Positions 8,323 to 17,154 of a stretch of DNA of 64,000 nt are shown here, piece after piece. The stretch spans positions 16,227 to 80,226 of the forward strand of contig JAVBQQ010000013.1 in assembly GCA_031548875.1 (NCBI GenBank). Reading direction: 5' to 3'. The notes beneath the pieces are model-generated. The model ran no database searches. It saw nothing but the letters and a program-made list of their open reading frames with translations, and was not told the DNA's origin. How positions within the stretch are numbered: position 1 is the stretch's first letter; every line of letters begins with the position of its first letter. Source of the DNA: Oscillospiraceae bacterium. GTDB taxonomy: Bacteria > Bacillota > Clostridia > Oscillospirales > Ruminococcaceae. Both the position numbers and the translations under genes were made by a program.

Positions 8323-10755
8323 CTACTTGCCCACATTCCGCTTCGACGGCTTCACCCACCGTTTGTTTGAATAACGGGCAGCAAAGACGATTGCTCCAAT
8401 CAGCAAGACACCCAAGACGCCATACATGATCCAATCCCCTGCTGTGAGGGCGGTGGTCTGCGTACCCTGTGTCCCAAGGCCCATCGGCATTCCTCCGCCA
8501 CCTGCAAGCCTTTCTGGAAGACCCGCTCCAGTTTGGCCATCACCTGTGCCCTCCGGGGTTTCTCCATCGGCAGCGCCCGAGAACATCTGCCCAAACTGGT
8601 CGATCATCTCATCCGTTACACCCATCTGGCCCAGCTGTTCCCGCATCTCGTCTGTCATGTTTCCGCCCAGAGCTGCGTCCAATGCCCCGTTTGTGTCCGG
8701 AGCGCTGTCCGTTGCATCTGCTTCCTGCCCCGCATCCGGCACCTGATCTGGCGAGCCGGTTTGGTCTGTTGCACCAGCTGTGGCGTTGTTTTCGTCCGTG
8801 GTTTTGTTGCCAAAACCCTTGAAGTCGCCGAAATCGCCCATGGACATCCCGCCACCCATGCCACCGGCCATGCTGCCCAGCGCAGACATGTTGACACCCG
8901 AAGCATCCACCATTTTTGCGGACGCTTCTTTTTGCCCGTCGGTCGTTGCAGGGATGCTGCCCTCCAGCTGCCCCGCAACACTTTCAGCCCGCAGGGTGAC
9001 GAGTTCCTTGAACACGGGGAGCGCTTCTTCATATTCTTCATAGGTGTAGAAGGGGTTCGTGTCGTTTTTCACATACCCATTGATCTTCGCATCCAGTTCG
9101 TCCACTGTCTGCTCAAACTGGCCGCTGTTCACATATCCCTCCACGATATCATTCAGGTATTCATGGTATTTCTGGGCATATTCCTCCACGGCCAGCAGTT
9201 GGCTCACTAGCGGCCGGTCTTCCATGCTCACGCCGCTGACGGGTGTGTCGATGGGGAAATTGACCACCGAGGAGGCATCCCCGCTTTGAAAGCCGCCAAA
9301 GGAGAGGTTATAGTCCCAGGGCAACACCGAGATAACGCCATCCTTCTCCAGCAGATAATAGTTCTGCTGCATGCTGGAGACATAGCTGTCCAGGTTCACC
9401 ACAAAGGTATGGGCGGCAAGGTACCGCAGGATCTCATCTACATCCCAATATTGTTCCAGGTCTTCCCCTTCATTGAGTTTTTGGATGGCCGTGATGACCT
9501 GCTGCTGGTCGTTGTCCGACACCTTGCTGGACACGGCATTGTTAAAGATGGAGCCGTAGCTCGCTGGATCGTCGTCGGTGTAAACAAGGCTTCCCCCGCC
9601 CGACGAGAACATGTCGCCCATACCGCCCATGCCGCCTTCGGGCATCGACATACCTTCAGGCATGGACATGCCTGAAGGGAACTGGCTTGTTTCTTCATCG
9701 GTATCTTCCCCTGCCGGCTGGGCCATGTCTTCGCCCTTGGGTGCGGCATTTGCAGAAGCATCTGCAGAGGGTTGTACGCTTCCTGCTTCCGCGGGAGGCG
9801 TTCCACCCATCGCGCCAGAGGGTTGCCCGTTTCCAGAGCCTTCAGGCAGTTCACCCTCTTCCATGCCATCGGGAGGTTGCATATTTTCAAACCCCTCGGG
9901 TAGGTCACCCTCCTGCATGCCGTCGGGCGGCTGCATGTTTTCGAACCCTTCGGGCATCTGCATGCCCTCTGGGATCTGCATTCCTCCGGCGCTTTCGTCT
10001 GCGCTGCCCTGCGAGGCGCTTGCATCCCCGTTTCCTGCGGCATCTTCGCCGGTGCTGTCACTGGAACTGCTGCTTTGGCTGTTCTGCGCCTGGCGGTCGG
10101 GACGCACCGGCTCAAAATCGCCCGCTTCAAACTGGCTGCGCTCGCCCATGCCCATCTTCACATTGTACAATTCGCCTGTAGTGGCATTGTATACCCGGTC
10201 CAGGAAGGAATCGTCATACCGCTCTAACAGCAGGAACAGCCCATAGGGCTCGCCGTTCACGGTCACCTCGGCATAGTTGTGAAGAGGACTGGGCACTTCC
10301 AGGTATTCCATGACGTCGTAGCTGATGTAATCTTTCATATAGGTGGCATCACCCATCAGGTTGTTCAGGCACATGGTGTCCAGCCCATAAAAGCTCTGTC
10401 CGTCCACATATTTGTTTGGGTTCAGCTGGAGGCTGTACCGGCCGTTACTGCCACCGCTCATAGTCAGGCTGGAGTTGCCCTTGGTGCGGATGCCCACGGT
10501 AGAGAAGCGCTCCCCATTGATGACTAGGTCGGCGGAGATGTATTCTTTGCTCTGGGCGTTGTCCAAAAGACCCTGCCAGTCCTCCGGGTCGGCTTCGATC
10601 TCGATGGTGACCACCTCGTCATTAAACAGGTAGCGTTCATAATCGGTGGCGGCCGCCTGGGCACTGCCCGCCGCAGAGACCATGAATACACTCCCCACGA
10701 GCGCCAGGCCGACGAATACCGCCACGATGACGGAAATAAATCTGCTCTGAATCAT
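8323..10755 (-). CDS. CotH kinase family protein, membrane-anchored at both ends, with a large acidic low-complexity insert
   Basis: N-terminal signal/anchor (FISVIVAVFVGLALVGSVFMVSAAG). CotH core EVVTIEIEADPEDWQGLLDNAQSKEYISADLVINGERFSTVGIRTKGNSSL...MCLNNLMGDATYMKDYISYDVMEY and ...YLAAHTFVVNLDSYVSSMQQNYYLLEKDGVISVLPWDYNLSFGGF. C-terminal TM (IMYGVLGVLLIGAIVFAA). Confidence 0.85.
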   Translation of the reverse strand: MIQSRFISVIVAVFVGLALVGSVFMVSAAGSAQAAATDYERYLFNDEVVTIEIEADPEDWQGLLDNAQSKEYISADLVINGERFSTVGIRTKGNSSLTMSGGSNGRYSLQLNPNKYVDGQSFYGLDTMCLNNLMGDATYMKDYISYDVMEYLEVPSPLHNYAEVTVNGEPYGLFLLLERYDDSFLDRVYNATTGELYNVKMGMGERSQFEAGDFEPVRPDRQAQNSQSSSSSDSTGEDAAGNGDASASQGSADESAGGMQIPEGMQMPEGFENMQPPDGMQEGDLPEGFENMQPPDGMEEGELPEGSGNGQPSGAMGGTPPAEAGSVQPSADASANAAPKGEDMAQPAGEDTDEETSQFPSGMSMPEGMSMPEGGMGGMGDMFSSGGGSLVYTDDDPASYGSIFNNAVSSKVSDNDQQQVITAIQKLNEGEDLEQYWDVDEILRYLAAHTFVVNLDSYVSSMQQNYYLLEKDGVISVLPWDYNLSFGGFQSGDASSVVNFPIDTPVSGVSMEDRPLVSQLLAVEEYAQKYHEYLNDIVEGYVNSGQFEQTVDELDAKINGYVKNDTNPFYTYEEYEEALPVFKELVTLRAESVAGQLEGSIPATTDGQKEASAKMVDASGVNMSALGSMAGGMGGGMSMGDFGDFKGFGNKTTDENNATAGATDQTGSPDQVPDAGQEADATDSAPDTNGALDAALGGNMTDEMREQLGQMGVTDEMIDQFGQMFSGAADGETPEGTGDGQTGAGLPERLAGGGGMPMGLGTQGTQTTALTAGDWIMYGVLGVLLIGAIVFAARYSNKRWVKPSKRNVGK

Positions 10756-10775
10756 AACCTATCTTCCCATCTGCA

Positions 10776-11444
10776 TCACATGTAGTATTCGCCGTTGTAA
10801 CTTACCAGAACGGCATTCTCCACGCCGGCCACAGCCAACATATCGTTCACAAGTTTGGCAGTGTCTTCCTTCAGCCGCACCTCCAGCGTCAGTTCAATGC
10901 CCTCTTTGGAGACGGACTTGCTTTTCATCATGTATTTTTTGGTTTGTGCCCCCACCAGATCCAGGGCGCTTTTTTCCGCTTCATCGCCGCTGCAGTTCAC
11001 GATGAGGACGTAGGGCGTATCTGTTGTTTTCTTGCTGACAAAAACGAACAGGATGATCCCGATGGCGATGGACCCGATGACGGCGAGCGGGATGAGCCCC
11101 ACACCCACAATGATGCCGGAGGTGATGGCCCAGAATAGAAACACCAGGTCCAGCGGTTCCTTGATGACTGTGCGGAAACGGATGATGGACAGGGCGCCTA
11201 CCATGCCCAGCGATGCAATGAGGTTGGACGAGACGGCCAGGATGATGAGGCAGGTAATCATGCCCATGGCGATGAGCGAGATGGCAAAAGAGGGCGAGTA
11301 CATCACGCCGTTGAAGGTTTTCTTGTACACAAAAAAGATAAACAGGCCCAGGGCAAACGAGATGAGCAGGGCCACAACGATGTCGGTGATGGAAATGCTG
11401 GCGGCCTTGCTTAAAAAGCTGAAGTTCAGGATGTTGTCTAGCAC
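10776..11444 (-). CDS. DUF4956 domain-containing membrane protein
   Basis: ITDIVVALLISFALGLFIFFVYKKTFNGVMYSPSFAISLIAMGMITCLIILAVSSNLIASLGMVGALSIIRFRTVIKEPLDLVFLFWAITSGIIVG. The GALSIIRFRT motif and its position between the VTC and CotH genes are typical. Confidence 0.8.
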   Translation of the reverse strand: MLDNILNFSFLSKAASISITDIVVALLISFALGLFIFFVYKKTFNGVMYSPSFAISLIAMGMITCLIILAVSSNLIASLGMVGALSIIRFRTVIKEPLDLVFLFWAITSGIIVGVGLIPLAVIGSIAIGIILFVFVSKKTTDTPYVLIVNCSGDEAEKSALDLVGAQTKKYMMKSKSVSKEGIELTLEVRLKEDTAKLVNDMLAVAGVENAVLVSYNGEYYM

Positions 11445-11500
11445 GGTTAGAATTCCCCTTTCGGTTCTTGTTATTATTCAGACTTTGGTTTCTTCTTTTT

Positions 11501-12181
11501 TCAGGTGACCAAGCGCGAAACAATGTACTTGGAAAATTCCGTCTCCCGCCTGTCCCCGATCTGCACGGCATCCCGCATGATATCCGGCAGGAATTCGTCA
11601 AACTTGATTTCCAGCAGGACGATGTTGGCCGAAGGGATCGTGACGCATTTCGGGTCCAGGAAATCATGCACATGCTCGCTCGTGCGGATGTTCGAGTCGA
11701 TGGTGATGCGTACGTTTCCCGGTTTGTACACATACGCCTCCCGGTGGTAGTCCACAATTGTGCGGGGTCGCAGTTGCTGGGTCACAATCTTTGTGTATAG
11801 CTCGGCCAGCAGTGGATGGCTCGTATCCATCAGCATTCCATAGTCCCCGTTCAGGATGTCCGTGCACTCTGTGGCGCTCAGTTCGACGGTCTCCTTGCCT
11901 ACAAGGCGTTTCAGCTTGCTTTTCTTCTCCAGCCGGATGAAGGAATCATCCTCCTGATAGTACCGGAACCTAAACTTCTCCCGGCGGCTGGCACCCATCA
12001 GCTTCTCCGTGACGGCTTTGTCCCGATAGTTGTCAAAGTACAGGCTGCGCACCATATAGCCGCCAGTGGGGCCGGTATTTTCGTCCGGCTTTGCCAGGTG
12101 CTTCAAACGGCCGCGCAACTGCATCCAATCGCTATAGTTGATGTAATGCTTTAGTTCATGCCTAAATTTTGTTTCATGCAA
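11501..12181 (-). CDS. VTC-domain (polyphosphate polymerase domain) protein
   Basis: HETKFRHELKHYINYSDWMQLRGRLKHL...GGYMVRSLYFDNYRDKAVTEKLMGASRREKFRFRYY...IVLLEIKFDEFLPDIMRDAV. The probable start is TTG (complement of 12181-12179), just after GAGGGGAGAG. The longer track ORF (to 12382) runs back through a terminator hairpin. Confidence 0.75.
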   Translation of the reverse strand: MHETKFRHELKHYINYSDWMQLRGRLKHLAKPDENTGPTGGYMVRSLYFDNYRDKAVTEKLMGASRREKFRFRYYQEDDSFIRLEKKSKLKRLVGKETVELSATECTDILNGDYGMLMDTSHPLLAELYTKIVTQQLRPRTIVDYHREAYVYKPGNVRITIDSNIRTSEHVHDFLDPKCVTIPSANIVLLEIKFDEFLPDIMRDAVQIGDRRETEFSKYIVSRLVT

Positions 12182-12327
12182 ATCTTGTCTCTCCCCTCTA
12201 GGATGGCTGGCGCACATCCGAAAAATGCCAGTTCTATCTGAACGGTTCAAATGGTAGCAAGCCTGCCTTAAAAATAGCTTTAGCCAGTGGTGAAAATTTT
12301 GTGTTTTCTCGGGAGAATCACAGCAAA

Positions 12328-12355
12328 AAGAGGCCATGCATCCGCATGGCCTCTT
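12328..12355 (-). terminator. intrinsic terminator after the histidine kinase gene
   Basis: Stem AAGAGGCCATGC/GCATGGCCTCTT with loop ATCC. On the minus strand it is followed by TTTTTGCTG. Confidence 0.7.
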
Positions 12356-12378
12356 TTCTCGATGAATAGCCGCATCCA

Positions 12379-13659
12379 TCATGCAGTGGGCAGGACCACC
12401 GTGAAGGTAGTTGATTCTCCAAGGGTACTCACCGCCTGGATCTGTCCCTTGTGCTGCTGCACGATGGCCTGCGCGATGGAAAGCCCCAGGCCGTAGTTGT
12501 TTGTTTCCCGCTGCCGGGCATCGTCGCCGCGGTAAAACCGTTCAAAGATATGGGGCAGGTCCCGCGGGGCGATGCCGGCACCAGTATTCTCCACGCGCAG
12601 GTTGGCTTTCCGTCTGTCCGCACGTAGTTGCAGCTTGACCGCCCCGCCGACAGGCGTGTATTGGATGGCATTTTCCAGCAGGATATGCACCAGCCGGCGA
12701 ACATCCTCCCGATCTCCCAACATCGTTACCTCCTCGGCCACTGATGAGGAAAACTGTAGATTTTTTTCGAACATGACAGCCTCCATGGGAAGGATGCAGC
12801 TCTGCACCGTATCCGAAAGGGAAAATCGCTTTCTTTCACGCGACGGTACATCAGAATCGGCTCTCACCAGGGTGAGCAGGCGGGTAGTGAGGTGCTGCAT
12901 ATGTGCAGTTTCCGCCTCGATGTTGCCCAGCCACTCCATCTGGGAGGCAACGCTTTCATCCGGGTGAGACGTGAGAAGCTCTAGATTTGTCTTGATGGCG
13001 GCTACCGGGGTTTTCAGCTCGTGGGAGGAATCTTGTACGAAGCGGCGCTGGTTGTCATATGCCTCTTCAATGGGCGCCACCGATCACTTGGCAAACCACC
13101 GGCTCACAAACCAGATGACCGCCAGCATACATATAAAAACGATTGCAGATACGATGACGAGGTTGACCCGATAAGCCCTCGACTCGCTTGTTTCAATAAA
13201 GGCAATGCGATAGGTGTTGCTGTCACCATCCATGGAAACCCGGTACGTCCAGGTATCCTCCCCCTGGGTGAAATGCCCTGTATACCCATCCTCTACACGC
13301 ACCTGTTCCAGCATAGCGGGCACATCGATTGCCTCCATGTTGAAAAAAGGATTTGACCCGATGGGTGCATAGCTGCCATTTGTGACCCGGACAGCGAAGC
13401 CGGCCTTTGGAATACTCATGTCTGGGTCCAAACCTGCCGGTAATTCTGTAGGGTTCGGTTGCAGGGTAGATATCCCGGCTTCAGGCCAGGGCAGGGCGTT
13501 GTTGTTGGGCAGGGTAAGCAAGGTGTTCAATCCCACATCCAGCTCTCGTTGAGACGTCGAATAGGTGAGTGTGTATACAATGACAAATGCAGCAAGCATC
13601 AGCAAACTGATGACCAGCATGTTCATCCGGATGAACCCGCGCCGCAATTTTTCAAACAT
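12379..13659 (-). pseudogene. sensor histidine kinase interrupted by one in-frame TGA (track ORFs 13084..13659 and 12379..13080)
   Basis: The upstream part is TM1, a periplasmic domain and TM2, ending ...VIWFVSRWFAK. Then comes TGA (complement of 13086-13084), followed in the same frame by SVAPIEEAYDNQRRFVQDSSHELKTPVAAIK (H-box) ... ENTGAGIAPRDLPHIFERFYRGD ... GLGLSIAQAIVQQHKG. Confidence 0.8.
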
Positions 13660-14347
13660 GGTCCTTCTCCAGTTTGTACCCCATGCCGCGGATAGTCACG
13701 ATAGAACAGTCCGAGTGGAGATACTTGAGTTTTTTTCGCAAAAAAGAGATATACACCTCCACATTGTTGTCCTGGGTCTCACTTTCAAACCCCCAGGCGT
13801 TCACAATGATGGCTTGCTTGTCGCAAACGTTGGCAGCGTTCCGCATGAGGCACTCCATCACCAACGCCTCCTTGCGGGACATGGAGACTGTGCGGCCATC
13901 TTGTGTAAACAGCCGCAATTCCGGCACATCCAGGGATGTGTTGCCACAAAAAAGAGCGCCATCGCGGGTTATAGGCTGCCCTTTTCTCCGCGTGATGGAG
14001 CGAAGGCGGGCCATCAGCACCGTTGAAGAGAAGGGCTTAGTGAGATAATCATCGGCCCCTTTGTCCAGCCCTGTCACGACGTTTTCATCCTCGCCAAGGG
14101 CAGTGAGCATCAGAACAGGAGTCGCGACGCCTTGCGCGCGCAGCTGCTCCAACACTTCAAGTCCATTTAACTGGGGCAACATGACATCCAGGATGATTGC
14201 CTCATAACTGCCGGACAGGGCGTAATCCAACCCGTCACGCCCATTGTGCACACATTCCGCTTCATAATTTTTTTCGCGCAGCATTGCCGCCAATGGCAGA
14301 GCCAGATGCTTCTCGTCTTCGATAATCAGGATGCGCAGAGCTATCAC
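13652..14347 (-). CDS. OmpR-family response regulator
   Basis: RILIIEDEKHLALPLAAMLREKNYEAECVHNGRDGLD...ILDVMLPQLNGLEVLEQLR...GADDYLTKPF, plus a winged-helix C-terminus (VYISFLRKKL...IVTIRGMGYKLEKD). Overlaps the kinase start by 8 nt. Confidence 0.9.
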   Translation of the reverse strand: MIALRILIIEDEKHLALPLAAMLREKNYEAECVHNGRDGLDYALSGSYEAIILDVMLPQLNGLEVLEQLRAQGVATPVLMLTALGEDENVVTGLDKGADDYLTKPFSSTVLMARLRSITRRKGQPITRDGALFCGNTSLDVPELRLFTQDGRTVSMSRKEALVMECLMRNAANVCDKQAIIVNAWGFESETQDNNVEVYISFLRKKLKYLHSDCSIVTIRGMGYKLEKDHV

Positions 14348-14779
14348 CGTCCTTAACGCTTCTGGTGCTATTATACCAGAAACATCTTTAGGAAAGCTTA
14401 ATTAGATACGCGTTAGCACTTTGACATAGTGTTTTTACAAACCATACAAACCGTAATTAATTGGTACTGTCCCTATTCATCTGTGCAGGGTTGGTTCACA
14501 AAAGGGGCAGATGGTCCATGCGCAAAGTGCCTTGCCTGTCATGTCTAATAACGCGTCTGCCACTCCGCACGGGAGTGGGCAACTGCCTATGCCCCAACGG
14601 CAAATGCCGTTGGATTGGCCCAGGCCATACGTCCGAAACGTGGTCGCCCTCGGCACCTGCGGCCTATACCGAATGCTTGCGATACGGGTGCAAAGTCCGT
14701 ACGTAACAACAGTTCGGAGGTACAAGTGCCTGTTCCCGGCACGGACAAATCATTTCCAGCCCGGCTTGCTACCGGGCCT

Positions 14780-15418
14780 CCCGCGGGCCAGGTCTGATTT
14801 GTCTACGCCACTCATTGTGCCGCAGGTGGTACGTGCGCACAGCGCCCTGCCTTACGTTCGAGAACGCACCTGCAACAAGGGCGTTACTTGGAAGTCAAGC
14901 AACACCAACGTGTGGCCACCGTCAGCGCCAACGGCAAGGTAAAGGGCATTTGGAACGGCACGGCCACCATCACCGCCACCGCGAAAGACGGCAGCGGCAT
15001 GAAGACCTACTGTAAAATCACCGTGAAGCAGACGTTCATCGCAACCCCGATGGTCACGAAGATGGCCCTCAGCAACACCAAAACCGTTAAAATCACTTGG
15101 ACAAAATCCGCGAAGGCCACCCACTATCAGGTTTACCGTTCGACCAACTCCAACAGCGGGTTTAAGCGCATCGCCACCGTGAAGGGCACGTCGTACACGA
15201 ACAAGAACCTGACCGCAGGCAAGACTTACTACTTCAAGGTTCGCGCGCTCAAGAAGGCCAAAAGCGGCAAGAAAACCTACAGCGGCTACAGCACCGCAAA
15301 GCCCGTCAAGATGAGTGCCGTAAAGCCCCGCAGCACAGCCGTATTATTATCAGGCCGCGCAACCACAGCAACCATACTATGCTTACCAAACCCCTCCCCC
15401 ACTGCCACCAAATGGTAA
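14780..15418 (+). pseudogene. decayed fragment of a Big_2 / fibronectin-III surface protein gene
   Basis: The Big_2 domain is spread over three frames: ...CLTFENAPAT / NKGVTWKSSNTNV / ATVSANGKVKGIWNGTATITATAKDGSGMKTYCKITV. A GT dinucleotide duplication sits at about 14911-14914. One FN3 unit follows (KITWTKSAKATHYQVYRSTNSNSGFKRIATVKGTSYTNKNLTAGKTYYFKVRA). There is no start, signal peptide or anchor; the left boundary is approximate. Confidence 0.6.
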
Positions 15419-15520
15419 GCCGCGCAAAGGCTTAGCGTTTCCCTTGACTACTTCAAAACTATGCGCGGAATTGTTTGGCCTGCATAGGATATAGTGACCA
15501 CAGAACTATATATCATTCCG

Positions 15521-15549
15521 TTGACAAGCCCTTAATCGCATGCTATAAT
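15521..15549 (+). promoter_or_regulatory. consensus sigma70-type promoter (TTGACA, 17 nt, TATAAT)
   Basis: TTGACA at 15521-15526 and TATAAT at 15544-15549, with exactly 17 nt between them, 50 nt upstream of the DUF364 gene. Confidence 0.7.
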
Positions 15550-15586
15550 CCACTCGATATGTTTTTCAAAGAATATCGAGTGGATT
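15547..15586. promoter_or_regulatory. perfect 14-bp inverted repeat (AATCCACTCGATAT, 12 nt, ATATCGAGTGGATT) overlapping the -10 box and the 5' UTR
   Basis: The arms are 15547-15560 and 15573-15586. The left arm overlaps TATAAT and the right arm ends next to the GAGG Shine-Dalgarno of the ATG at 15599. Confidence 0.6.
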
Positions 15587-15598
15587 GTGAGGCTACTC

Positions 15599-16366
15599 AT
15601 GTGGAACTTGTACGACCAGCTCATTGACCCCATCCCCGAGGGTATTGGGGTGGAGTGGTACAACGCCGCCCGTGTGTGGACGGGCGTGGCCACTATTGGC
15701 GGCGTGGGCGTGGCCATGACCGTACACGATACCGGTATGCCGCGCCTTGTAGAGGGTTCAATTACCGGTATGGACCTACGCGCCTTGGCCGGGCTTTCAA
15801 AGTCCTGGCAGATGGTGGAAGCCTCTCTTGGCGTGGCAGCCATCAACGCATGGTATAACACTTGGGACAAAGCCTCCGCATTCCCCGGCTTTCATCCTTT
15901 GGCGTCTAAAAAGGACGACCTGCAAAGCCGCACCGAAAAAAACGCATTCTTCGCCTTTGCCGATGAAATCGCGGGTAAAAAAGTGGCTGTCATCGGGCAC
16001 TTCCCACACATCGAGCAGCAGCTAGCCGATATCTGCGAGTTGTCCATCCTGGAGCGCAACCCCAGCCGGGGCGACTATCCCGACAGCGCTTGTGAGTATA
16101 TACTGCCCCAGCAGGATTATGTCTTCATCACCGGCATGGCGCTCATCAACAAGACGCTGCCGCGTCTGCTGCAAATCTGCCAAACGCCAAAGGTGTCGCT
16201 GGTGGGGCCTTCGGTTCCTCTTGCGCCTGTTTGGAGGGACTACGGTGTAGACAACCTGTCCGGCTTTGTGTGTACCGAGCCGGATGTGGTGGACGAAGCG
16301 CTCCGGCGGGGCGGCCACCAAGAGATTTTCCTGGGCGGCCGCATGGTCAGCATCGACCTCGTCTAA
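15599..16366 (+). CDS. DUF4213/DUF364 domain protein (putative metal-chelate-handling, Rossmann-like)
   Basis: MWNLYDQLIDPIPEGIGVEWYNAARVWTGVATIGGVGVAMT...LAGLSKSWQMVEASLGVAAINAWYN...IAGKKVAVIGHFPHIEQQL...DYVFITGMALINKTLPRLL...VSLVGPSVPLAP. Confidence 0.75.
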   Translation: MWNLYDQLIDPIPEGIGVEWYNAARVWTGVATIGGVGVAMTVHDTGMPRLVEGSITGMDLRALAGLSKSWQMVEASLGVAAINAWYNTWDKASAFPGFHPLASKKDDLQSRTEKNAFFAFADEIAGKKVAVIGHFPHIEQQLADICELSILERNPSRGDYPDSACEYILPQQDYVFITGMALINKTLPRLLQICQTPKVSLVGPSVPLAPVWRDYGVDNLSGFVCTEPDVVDEALRRGGHQEIFLGGRMVSIDLV

Positions 16367-16501
16367 ACCATTCTACCTATTTGCTGCCGTCCGGCAGGCG
16401 CGGCAGTTTTATTACCACAATCGTATTGTTTTATCAAATATATCGAATTGACACTTGGGTACACATTGACATCTATTTCTACTCTTACGTGGGAGGTAAC
16501 A

Positions 16502-17137
16502 ATGCAACAGACCGAAAACAACAAGGCGTACGACTATGACGATATCGCCGAGCATATCTTCAAGTCCATCTATGGGGTGATTGCTGAGCAGATTGTGGCC
16601 CGCACCAGAGTGCATAGCGGCAACCTTGTGGACATTGGCTGCGGCGGCGGGCATCTGGGGTTTGCCGTTTTGCAGCGCACGCAACTGGAGGGATATTTTA
16701 TTGACATCCAGCCCGCGGCGGCGGCCGTTTGCGAAGAGAGAGCAACTGCGCTGGGCCTTGCCCACCGGGCGCACATTACCACCGGCGACGTGCACGCCCT
16801 GCCCTACCCAGACGGCTTTGCACACCTCATCATTAGCCGGGGTTCGATGGGCTTCTGGGGCGAGTACGAGATTGCTTTTGCCGAAATCGGCCGGGTGCTG
16901 GCGCATGGCGGCAGGACCTACATCGGCAGCGGCCTGGGCAACCGGGAGACCCGCCTTGCGATAAACGAGAAGATGAGGGCGCGCGACCCCGACTGGCCTC
17001 ATTCCATCCGCCGCCGCCAGACGCACCTGCCCACCGAAGAATTGCGGCGCATCATCGCGCAGACTGCACCTACGTGCGAACTGACTGTCATCGAAAGCGA
17101 GGACGAGGGACGATGGTTCCTGCTGTCAAAAAGCTAG
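16502..17137 (+). CDS. class I SAM-dependent methyltransferase
   Basis: ATG at 16502 follows GGGAGG. Motif I is LVDIGCGGGHLGFAVL; also ...DVHALPYPDGFAHLIISRGSMGFW...IGRVLAHGGRTYIG. Confidence 0.8.
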   Translation: MQQTENNKAYDYDDIAEHIFKSIYGVIAEQIVARTRVHSGNLVDIGCGGGHLGFAVLQRTQLEGYFIDIQPAAAAVCEERATALGLAHRAHITTGDVHALPYPDGFAHLIISRGSMGFWGEYEIAFAEIGRVLAHGGRTYIGSGLGNRETRLAINEKMRARDPDWPHSIRRRQTHLPTEELRRIIAQTAPTCELTVIESEDEGRWFLLSKS

Positions 17138-17154
17138 AAAACGAACGCGCGCGT

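Noticed and set aside
13084-13086. In-frame TGA of the histidine kinase as selenocysteine or programmed recoding
   Set aside because: The position is a linker with no catalytic role. I see no SECIS-like hairpin immediately downstream, and a simple CGA-to-TGA nonsense change explains it.
14461-14780. ORFs 14461..14706(+), 14477..14725(-) and 14511..14942(+) as genes
   Set aside because: They have Cys/Arg/Pro-rich nonsense composition and no start context. The region is best explained as the decayed upstream part of the Big_2/FN3 pseudogene or as non-coding DNA.
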